The position numbers were made by a program, and so were the translations under genes. Shown piece by piece: positions 44,453-52,570 of a DNA stretch of 64,000 bases. Source of the DNA: Candidatus Pacearchaeota archaeon UBA73 (GTDB lineage Archaea; Nanobdellota; Nanobdellia; Pacearchaeales; GW2011-AR1). Each line of letters starts with the position of its first letter. The first letter of the stretch is position 1. The notes below the pieces were generated by a model. It was given only the letters and a program-made list of their open reading frames with translations, ran no database searches and was not told the DNA's origin. The stretch spans positions 26,196 through 90,195 of the forward strand of contig DAIF01000004.1 of NCBI GenBank assembly GCA_002496015.1, in the 5' to 3' direction.

Positions 44453-44702
44453 TTTAATTATGTAGAATGTTTTATTATAATCCTTTGTTAGTTAGTTTAT
44501 AAATTTATCGCGGCTGCACAAAATTTACAATGCGCTGCTCGTCTTTTGTAAGCTCTGTTCGATTCTCAATTCACCTCCGCAACTCAGACTTGCAGTCTAA
44601 ATCTTTCATCTATGCATTATTTGCATAAACCCTTCTAAACTGCTGAACGCCCACCCATGACATCAACAATTAATCCCATAACTATCCCTCGAATTTATAA
44701 GG

Positions 44703-47700
44703 CTATTTCTTCTCGCTCTTAATTTCCTTCGCCAAGGGCCCTGTAACTTTAACAAGCAATCCGGGCAATCCGGTTCCAACCGGAATAGGTTGATTCAACA
44801 AAATATTCTCAATCACCGAATTCAACTCATCTTCCGCACCCTTTATCGTCGCATTTACAAACTGCTTGTCTGGAGTTTCAAATGTTGCTCGAGCCAAAAT
44901 CGAAGCCTTATCAGTAATAATTCCCATTCTCGTTACTCCCTTCACTGTTCCTGAAGAAGTCATCGCATCAGCAACAAGTTGCAGGTGCCTCTCATTAATA
45001 TCAAGACCCTGCGTTTGAATAACATTCTTAATTTCATTAATTATCGTCTGTCGCGCAGCTTCAATTCCCAGCACCCCCTTGACGTCGTGAATGTCGTTCG
45101 AGAAAATCTTGTCTCTATTAACTCCTTTTATTTCCATGACTTCTTTCAAATTACTCCCATTAGTTAAAATGACAAAGTCTCTCTCTTTCTTTGAGACCAC
45201 AACCTGCGGAATTCCTTTAACACCAGATACTACAGTCTCCTTCAGTTTTCCTTTTAGTTTATACATCTCCTTGAAGCCGATATCTGGTAGAGGGATTATT
45301 ATCTTGTTTCCATTTACATTGACCTTAAACTTCTTGTCCGTCAACTTATCTGCGATTTTCTGCACGCCTATATGCGTTCTCCTTACAGCCTCATTGTTAA
45401 GTTCAATCTCAATTTTCTTATTTCCAAAATCAAGATTAATTGCTGATAAAACCTCTTCAAGTTTGACTTCTTTAATCCTTTCAGCCAAAACCCTCGCTTC
45501 TTTTTCGTTGTTATGTTCTTTATCAAGATAAATCTCCATCATGGGAGTGGACGGCTGTTTTCTAGCGTCGAGAATTTCAATTAATCTGGGCAAACCCAAC
45601 GTAATCTGCATTTGCGCAACTCCTGCATGGTGGAAAACGCTAAGGACCATCTGAGTAGAAGCCTCACCAAAAGACTGGGCAGTCACAACTCCAACAGCCT
45701 CGCCCGGCGCAATTTTATCATCTCTCAGGTGAAGTTTTGCAACATCCTTTCCATCGTATCCGTACGCAAACTGAACAATATTCTCTGAAGCATCTCTGAC
45801 AGTTCCATCATATTCCACCTTTAGGTCTTGCAACGCGCTAACAAGTCTCCTGTACAGATAACCAGATTTTGGAGTTCTGAGAGCAGTATCCATCATACTA
45901 TCTCTTCCGGTTATTGCCCCGAAGAAGAATTCGGTCGGTTTAAGTCCGCTTAGGAAAGATGATTTGATAAATCCTTTAGACTCTGGACTCAAGTCTCCCT
46001 GCTTAAATAAAGACAGCGTTCTATTATTATATCCAAAACCAATCCTTCCATTCCACAAAACCTGCTGCCCGACGCAACAACTCATCTGGGTAAGGTTGGT
46101 AATTCCGCCGCCACTTCCGGACTTGATCATCATGTTTACGTTCGCCTCTGCAGGTAGATTTTCTTTAACAACTTCTCCGACGTCTGTTCTGACAGCATTC
46201 AGTATCTGCATAATCTTTGTTTCTCTTGTTTCTTCCTGTGTCTTACCTGGAGCGATCTCTAATTTACCAGAGTCATACTCTTCAATAATCTCAAGGGTTT
46301 TCTTCTGCGCTCTCTCAATAATCTCTTTAGTGCTCTCTTTAACCTTATCAGAAAATTCAAAATCATGGAATGAGAGTGTATAACCGATTCTGCTTAAATA
46401 TGACGTGCCTAAGGTAAATGCCTTATTTATTGTATCAACAGTAACATCTCTTCCTAATTCCCTATCAATCACCTTAACTAACTCACCGTCTTCAGCACCA
46501 AATGTTTTTGACCCTGTGATCACTGAAGGAACGTTAATTTTTGCTTCTTTTGGGATTATCTCGGAAAAGACTTCTGTCCCGGGAATTTCTTTTTTCTTTA
46601 TATTGTTAATAACGCCTGCAGAAAACAACAACTGATCTGCCACGGTCTTGCCCACAGTGGCCTTTCCTAACAGATACGCACCTGTAACTGCATCAGCAAC
46701 TGTTCCGACAAGATTTGTATTATTCTTCGAAGAAATTATGTTATTCTTAATATCCAGCAAAATTCTGGCTTCAGATAATGCCTCCTCATTCTGCGGGCTG
46801 TGAATATTCATTTCATCTCCGTCAAAGTCCGCATTATAAGGCTCAGCCGCAGCCGGATTCAATCTGAAAGTCCTTCCAGGCAAAACTTTAACATAGTGTG
46901 CCATCAGGCCTTGCTTGTGCAGGGTCGGATGTCGGTTGAACAATACAATGTCTCCGTCCCGAAGATGTCTTTCTACCCTATATCCTGGAACTATCTCATT
47001 CGTTATTTCTTCCTTTAAGTCTTCTGTCACCCTCTTCCTTCTCCCATCTGGTCGGATAACATTATTTGCTCCGGGATAAGACGTCCCGTTTCTTACAAGC
47101 TCTTTCATCTCATCAAGGTTTGTCGTAGTAACAGACTCTGCAACAGTAATTATTCTTGCTATCTGTTCAGGAACCCCGATTTCATTGATTCTCAGGTAAG
47201 GATCAGGTGAGACGACTGAACGTGCAGAATAATTCACTCTCTTTCCGGCAAGGTTGTGTCTTATTCTTCCTTCTTTTCCCTTGATTCTTTCAGTGATTGT
47301 CTTGAGAGGTTGTCCCGACCTGTGCCTCGCCGGCGGAATTCTCGTAACATTATTGTCATAGAAAGTTGTAATATGATATTGCAGCAAATCCCAAAGGTCC
47401 TCGATGATAACTTCAGGCGCGCCAGCATTCAGGTTCTCCCACAATCTTTGGTTAGCTCGGATTATGTCAGAAAGCTTGTGCGTTAAGTCGTCTTCACTTC
47501 TTTCTCCGGTATCCAATGTAATAGAAGGCCTTACAGTTACAGAAGGAACGAGCAACAGCGAGATGACTGCTCTTTCCGGTCGGGCTGTCTTGGTATTAAT
47601 TCCAATCTTCCTCATCTCTTCATCGGGAATGTTCACAAGTCTCTCTCTAATCTCAATAGGGTTGAGTCTTTTCTTGTCTATAAAGAAGTTTGTCGGTTTT

Positions 47701-48137
47701 TCAAGTTTAACTCTATCAATGTTTTCATTGCAATTCGGACATTTCTTCGCGTCACGCGCTTTTTTAGCTCTCTCTGCCGGAGATAATCCTTTCTGCTTCT
47801 CCTCTGATAGCGTTAGCTTGCCGCAGTGCGGGCAGAAGCTTCGCAAACATAACTCAATCAATGGGATATACTTAATATGCAAAACAGGTCTTGCCAGCTC
47901 GATGCTTCCGGGATGTCCGGGGCATTCTTTGACTCTCTTTCCGCACGTTCTGCACCTTACCCCCGGATCAATTGCTCCTAGTCGTAAATCCATCAGTCCG
48001 CCGTCAACCGGGAATCCGTCGATGTCATAAAGTTCTGGCGTCACTACCTTAACCGAGCTGATTTTCTTTATCTGGTCTGGACTAAGCAGACTAAAACTCA
48101 TGCTCCTTATCTGTTTGCGTAGATATTTATTGCTCAT
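44703..48137 (-). CDS. rpoA: DNA-directed RNA polymerase largest subunit, with A' and A'' regions in one ORF
   Basis: Zn ribbons near the N-terminus, YNADFDGDEMNIH (catalytic NADFDGD), bridge helix GRDSMMDTALRTPKSGYLYRRL, then in the same frame the trigger-loop region VTAQSFGEASTQMVLSVFHHAGV...LGLPRLIEILDARK and the A''-type C-terminal end NQPIPVGTGLPG. Confidence 0.95.
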   Translation of the reverse strand: MSNKYLRKQIRSMSFSLLSPDQIKKISSVKVVTPELYDIDGFPVDGGLMDLRLGAIDPGVRCRTCGKRVKECPGHPGSIELARPVLHIKYIPLIELCLRSFCPHCGKLTLSEEKQKGLSPAERAKKARDAKKCPNCNENIDRVKLEKPTNFFIDKKRLNPIEIRERLVNIPDEEMRKIGINTKTARPERAVISLLLVPSVTVRPSITLDTGERSEDDLTHKLSDIIRANQRLWENLNAGAPEVIIEDLWDLLQYHITTFYDNNVTRIPPARHRSGQPLKTITERIKGKEGRIRHNLAGKRVNYSARSVVSPDPYLRINEIGVPEQIARIITVAESVTTTNLDEMKELVRNGTSYPGANNVIRPDGRRKRVTEDLKEEITNEIVPGYRVERHLRDGDIVLFNRHPTLHKQGLMAHYVKVLPGRTFRLNPAAAEPYNADFDGDEMNIHSPQNEEALSEARILLDIKNNIISSKNNTNLVGTVADAVTGAYLLGKATVGKTVADQLLFSAGVINNIKKKEIPGTEVFSEIIPKEAKINVPSVITGSKTFGAEDGELVKVIDRELGRDVTVDTINKAFTLGTSYLSRIGYTLSFHDFEFSDKVKESTKEIIERAQKKTLEIIEEYDSGKLEIAPGKTQEETRETKIMQILNAVRTDVGEVVKENLPAEANVNMMIKSGSGGGITNLTQMSCCVGQQVLWNGRIGFGYNNRTLSLFKQGDLSPESKGFIKSSFLSGLKPTEFFFGAITGRDSMMDTALRTPKSGYLYRRLVSALQDLKVEYDGTVRDASENIVQFAYGYDGKDVAKLHLRDDKIAPGEAVGVVTAQSFGEASTQMVLSVFHHAGVAQMQITLGLPRLIEILDARKQPSTPMMEIYLDKEHNNEKEARVLAERIKEVKLEEVLSAINLDFGNKKIEIELNNEAVRRTHIGVQKIADKLTDKKFKVNVNGNKIIIPLPDIGFKEMYKLKGKLKETVVSGVKGIPQVVVSKKERDFVILTNGSNLKEVMEIKGVNRDKIFSNDIHDVKGVLGIEAARQTIINEIKNVIQTQGLDINERHLQLVADAMTSSGTVKGVTRMGIITDKASILARATFETPDKQFVNATIKGAEDELNSVIENILLNQPIPVGTGLPGLLVKVTGPLAKEIKSEKK

Positions 48138-51100
48138 ATTTGTTCTTCAGTTTGAATTTAGTATGTATCCCAAGCCCAAGTAGCTCATCTACAAGCAGCT
48201 TGAACGCGTAAGACACTTCGATTGGCTCCGCCTCGCTGCTGCCGCACATCGAACAGACTGACTTGTTGCGTATCGCATCTTCGTAACCCATGTTCCCGCA
48301 GTCCTGACAAACGTGAATAATTGTCTTGTCAGAATCATATCTCTCCTTCAGCAATAATGAGGCTCCATGTCCTGCCAGCGCCTGCTGCTCCATCTCTCCA
48401 AGTCTTAAACCGCCGCCACGAGCTCTTCCCTCGATGGGCTGTCTTGTTAGGAGCGCAACTTTGCCTGAAGCTCTGGCGTGGATAAGATTCTTGACCATTC
48501 TCTGCAACTTCAAATAATACATACTTCCAATGTAAATCTTGACCTGCATCTTCTCTCCTGTTATTCCGTTATAAACAGTCTCTTTTCCATCATAACTAAA
48601 TCCATTTTCCTGAAGTCGTTCCTCAAGTTCCTCGACTTTCGCGCCGGTAAATGGCGTACCATCCATTATCTTCCCGTCTATCGCAGCAGTTTTGCTTGCA
48701 AGCAGTTCAAGTAGATAACCTGCGGTCATTCTGCTGGGAATTCCGTGAGGATTAAACATAAGGTCTGGCCGAATCCCGTTAATCGTGAATGGGACATCAT
48801 CATTGTTTGCGACCAATCCAACAACTCCCTTCTGTCCGTGCGGTGAGGAATACTTGTCTCCGACCTCTGGCAGTCTCGTGTCTCTTGTTCTGACATCAAC
48901 GACCTTGTTACCCTCACTATCGACAGTTATGAAGACTGCATCAACCGTTCCACGTTCGCCTTGTCTTACGGACGAGCTGGCTTCCTTCTTTGCCTGAATG
49001 CTAAGGTCTCTTGCTTCAGACAGGAACTTCGGAGGCGTGACCTTGCCGATAACAACGTCTCCCGAATTCATATCTGCTTCCGGATAAGCTATACCATCAT
49101 CTTCAAGGTGTCTATAAATCTCCTCTGTTCTATATCCCGAGACGTCCTTGTCCGGAATCACGATTTCATCAGAGAGACCCCCCGCATATTGGAGCTCGCT
49201 GGCAGAATACGGCCTAAAATATGTGCTCCTTCCCATTCCTCTATCAATGCTCGCTTTGTTCAAAACAACAGAGTCTGCAATATTATATCCCTCAAAAGGC
49301 ATAACTGCTACAACAATGTTCTGCCCTGACGGATAAACGTCAAGCGTATCATAAATGAAACTTCTAACCAGCGGTCTTTGTGGATAATGCAGAATTGAAA
49401 CATTAGTGTCAACTCTTAGAAGATAATTCGCAGCATAAATTCCCAGACTCTGTTTATTCGTTTTACTTCCCCTCATTAATCTCGGAGACTGGTCATGATT
49501 CGCAAAAGGAACAAGTGAAGTTATCAGTCCAAAGACATCTATCGGATGGACCTCTAGATGCGTATGTTCTGGAGTAAGCTCCTCTTCGATTAACGCTACA
49601 AAAGCATTCTCTTCCTCTGCAGCATCGATGTATTCAATAATTCCATTGTCCACAAGGTCAGACCATTTAAGCTCGCCCTGCGAGAGCAGGACAATTTCTT
49701 CATTCCTAATTTTTGGTGCGCCGTTCTCAACGACTATTACAGGTCTAAGGACTCTCCCGACTTCAGAAGATAATGTCACTTGAGACAATAGCGTATCATA
49801 CCTAATGCTTAACTGTCTGGGTAGCTCCTTATTTCTCCTGAGTTCTCTTAATTTTCTGGCAAACTCCTGCGGATGTTCAACAAATCCTATAAACTTCCCA
49901 TTCATAAAAACATCGCTCCCCTTGACATTTTCCTTTTTCAGCCCAACCGACTCAAATTTCTTGATTGCTGCTTTTTCATCAAACTCAACAACAGTGGATA
50001 TTTTTGCGAGCAATGAAAGGTTCTTTCTCAGACCAATCTCTGTTCCTTCCGGCGTTTCAGTAGGACAAAATCTCCCGTAATGTGTCGGATGTAATGTTCT
50101 TGCTTTAAAGTTTTCCTGGTCTCCAGGCAGCAGACTCGTAACTCTTTGCAACTGTGAAAGAACATCAAGGTAATTCGTCTTATTCATATTTTGCGTAACG
50201 CCGCTTCGCTCTCCAATCCAGCTACCGGTGGCTATCGCACTTTCAACTCTATGCGTGAACAAGGTAGATTTCGCAATAGTTTTTAATGAATAGAACTTCT
50301 TTCTCTTGGAAACTTTTTGCAGCGAGTACTGTATATCTCTGACAAGTATCTTCAAATTTACTTTGAACAGATCAGACATCAAATCGCCGGAAAGCTTGAC
50401 CCTTTTATTTGCATAATGGTCCTTATCGGTTCGGATATTCTTATCTTCTTTGGCTTTAAGATATGTTCTGACAAGCCTGCACAAAGTTAGCGCTTTCTCC
50501 TCTCGACTCTGTTTGGTTATCCCGATGTTTGGAAGCAAGAACGAATCTATTCTCTGCTTTACCCTGTCCAATATCTCTTTCTTTGTTCCCTGTATCCCAG
50601 ACTTCTCGGCGATGAACATCATAGCATCTTCGACTTCCTGAACCTGCGCGTACTCATAGAGATTAACAATTAAACAGTCATTCTCCATTCCAATGCTCTT
50701 TGCGATATCTGCCTCCTTCGTCATCCCAAGAGATTTTAGCAGAACCATTATAGGGATATTCTTTAGTCTGCTGAACGTCAACTCTAATATGCCTTCATTT
50801 GTTTCGCTTATAGTTGTCGGGATTCTGTACGACCCTCTTTCTGAGAAAACCCTCAGAGTCAAGCCTTGCCTTCCTTCTTCGATGAACGGTTGGTTCGGAG
50901 CGAGATCCTCAGACATCACGATAACTCTTTCATTGCCATTGATTATGAAATATCCTCCCTGATCAAGTTTGTCCATATAATTCTTTGTCAGTTCTTCTTT
51001 ACTCATTCCATATGTTGTGCATTTGGAACTTCTTACCATTATAGGTATTCTTCCGACCTCAACTTCCGAACTCTCAGTCTGATTCTCATACTTCACGCTT

Positions 51101-51384
51101 AACTCAACAAACACCGGCGCAGCATAGGTTAGATTTCTCAATTTTGCTTCGATAGGCATTATTCTGCTCACGCTTCCGTCCGCTTCGATTATGTTTGGCT
51201 CGCCCACACGAACCTTCCCGAATTTTATCTCTACATCCTGATCCGTGAGGGTTTCGTTTATTTCCTCCACTATCTGCTGGATTCTATTTTCGATAAAATC
51301 ATTAAACGAAAGAATATTAGATTCAACTAAAGAATGCTCTTTTAGATATTTCTCAACCAAAATATTTTTCTTCTTATTCGTCAT
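48127..51384 (-). CDS. rpoB: DNA-directed RNA polymerase subunit B (unsplit)
   Basis: 1085 aa. GRHGQKG-like SPHGQKGVVG, GEMEQQAL (GEME motif), C-terminal Zn ribbon CQDCG...CSMCG. Overlaps rpoA by 11 nt and rpoH by 4 nt. Confidence 0.95.
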   Translation of the reverse strand: MTNKKKNILVEKYLKEHSLVESNILSFNDFIENRIQQIVEEINETLTDQDVEIKFGKVRVGEPNIIEADGSVSRIMPIEAKLRNLTYAAPVFVELSVKYENQTESSEVEVGRIPIMVRSSKCTTYGMSKEELTKNYMDKLDQGGYFIINGNERVIVMSEDLAPNQPFIEEGRQGLTLRVFSERGSYRIPTTISETNEGILELTFSRLKNIPIMVLLKSLGMTKEADIAKSIGMENDCLIVNLYEYAQVQEVEDAMMFIAEKSGIQGTKKEILDRVKQRIDSFLLPNIGITKQSREEKALTLCRLVRTYLKAKEDKNIRTDKDHYANKRVKLSGDLMSDLFKVNLKILVRDIQYSLQKVSKRKKFYSLKTIAKSTLFTHRVESAIATGSWIGERSGVTQNMNKTNYLDVLSQLQRVTSLLPGDQENFKARTLHPTHYGRFCPTETPEGTEIGLRKNLSLLAKISTVVEFDEKAAIKKFESVGLKKENVKGSDVFMNGKFIGFVEHPQEFARKLRELRRNKELPRQLSIRYDTLLSQVTLSSEVGRVLRPVIVVENGAPKIRNEEIVLLSQGELKWSDLVDNGIIEYIDAAEEENAFVALIEEELTPEHTHLEVHPIDVFGLITSLVPFANHDQSPRLMRGSKTNKQSLGIYAANYLLRVDTNVSILHYPQRPLVRSFIYDTLDVYPSGQNIVVAVMPFEGYNIADSVVLNKASIDRGMGRSTYFRPYSASELQYAGGLSDEIVIPDKDVSGYRTEEIYRHLEDDGIAYPEADMNSGDVVIGKVTPPKFLSEARDLSIQAKKEASSSVRQGERGTVDAVFITVDSEGNKVVDVRTRDTRLPEVGDKYSSPHGQKGVVGLVANNDDVPFTINGIRPDLMFNPHGIPSRMTAGYLLELLASKTAAIDGKIMDGTPFTGAKVEELEERLQENGFSYDGKETVYNGITGEKMQVKIYIGSMYYLKLQRMVKNLIHARASGKVALLTRQPIEGRARGGGLRLGEMEQQALAGHGASLLLKERYDSDKTIIHVCQDCGNMGYEDAIRNKSVCSMCGSSEAEPIEVSYAFKLLVDELLGLGIHTKFKLKNKYEQ

Positions 51385-51590
51385 GCAACAACCGCCCGAA
51401 AATATGCTTCAGTTTTATCTCCTTCCTTCCGTTCGATTTTTATAACATCGCCGACGACGCAACCTTCGGGCAGAGCCGGATCATTCGCATGTATCTTCGG
51501 TAACTGTGACAAAGAAATGTTATATTTTTCAAGTAGTTTTTTTACCTCGTCGGCTTTCAGTTTCGTGTGTTTCGGCTGTAATATATGCAT
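51381..51590 (-). CDS. rpoH: RNA polymerase subunit H (Rpb5-like C-terminal domain)
   Basis: HTKLKADEVKKLLEKYNISLSQLPKIHANDPAL...GDVIKIER. ATG at 51590 chosen, because the longer tracked ORF would run up against the 3' end of tRNA-Lys (51691). Confidence 0.85.
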   Translation of the reverse strand: MHILQPKHTKLKADEVKKLLEKYNISLSQLPKIHANDPALPEGCVVGDVIKIERKEGDKTEAYFRAVVA

Positions 51591-51690
51591 ATTTAGGCAA
51601 TCGCAATTATAATTATCATTAACGACTGGGCGATGATAAATGATTTTGTGAAAGTGGCTTTTTAAACTTTTCGCCAACACATTCTCCAAG

Positions 51691-51765
51691 CGGCCCCGAT
51701 GGGATTTGAACCCACGACACCTGGCTTAAAAGGCCAGTGCTCTGACCAGGCTGAGCTACGGAGCC
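51691..51765 (-). tRNA. tRNA-Lys (TTT)
   Basis: Minus strand reads GGCTCCG-TA-GCTC-AGCCTGGTCA-GAGC-A-CTGGC-CTTTTAA-GCCAG-GTGTC-GTGGG-TTCAAAT-CCCAT-CGGGGCC-G. All stems pair, with one G-U in the acceptor. Confidence 0.92.
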
Positions 51766-51812
51766 ATACCAACAGTCAAGAGAAAAATTGCTTTTTAAGG
51801 TTATCTAATGAG

Positions 51813-52133
51813 TTACTTGATTTCCTTAACCCTTTTCATAACCTCTTCTTTAGATAAGACGCCGACTGCCTTATCAACTGGTTGTCCATCTCTGAAAAAC
51901 ATTATCGTTGGAATAGACATAACTCCAAACCTCTGCGCCAAGTCCGAATTCTCATCAACATTAACTTTCGCAAATTTTGCCTTGTCCTTCAAATCTTTCG
52001 CAGCTTCCTCAAAAATAGGACTCATCATTTTGCAAGGCCCGCACCATGGCGCCCAGAAATCAATCACCGTCTTGTCGTCCTTAATGAATTTATCGAAGTC
52101 ATTAGAAGTCAACTCTCGGATTTTTCCAGCCAT
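51813..52133 (-). CDS. trxA: Thioredoxin
   Basis: WAPWCGPCK active site. 106 aa. Confidence 0.92.
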   Translation of the reverse strand: MAGKIRELTSNDFDKFIKDDKTVIDFWAPWCGPCKMMSPIFEEAAKDLKDKAKFAKVNVDENSDLAQRFGVMSIPTIMFFRDGQPVDKAVGVLSKEEVMKRVKEIK

Positions 52134-52278
52134 AAGTCCTCTAAAAAATTCTGATTAATAAAGGTTTTGTTAATCTCGTTAACCGAGGTTAACACTGCGA
52201 CAAGTTAATATCCCGGCACCCATTAGAAAAAAACTTCCAAAACATCTTATACCTCGTCTCGGCATCACCATAGCGCTG

Positions 52279-52500
52279 CTAGCCAAAGATGATTCTCACC
52301 AAAACTCCAATTGCGATAACCGCCAAAAATCCCGCAAACAATGGAGATATCTTGCCCATCGTTTCCACCCCGGAAAAAACACCTTCTCCGCTAACGGCCA
52401 TTGCGTTCACCCACGAAGAAAAAAAGAAGAGCGACGCTGTGGCAGCGACCAACACCACGAGCAATGCAATGCGTTTGTAATTCATCAAAACACAAGCCAA
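52279..52500 (-). CDS. Small two-TM membrane protein (uncertain)
   Basis: 73-aa hydrophobic ORF. No other support. Confidence 0.35.
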   Translation of the reverse strand: MACVLMNYKRIALLVVLVAATASLFFFSSWVNAMAVSGEGVFSGVETMGKISPLFAGFLAVIAIGVLVRIIFG

Positions 52501-52570
52501 GAAGATTATTTATCTTTTTGGGTTATTCCCCGCACCCCTCCTCGTCTCACTCTTCCCCCACCTTCCTGCG

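Noticed and set aside
51591-51689. Longer rpoH start (102-aa version)
   Set aside because: It would run to within 1 nt of the 3' end of tRNA-Lys (51691) and add an N-terminus unlike RpoH. The ATG at 51590 gives the conserved domain of about 69 aa.
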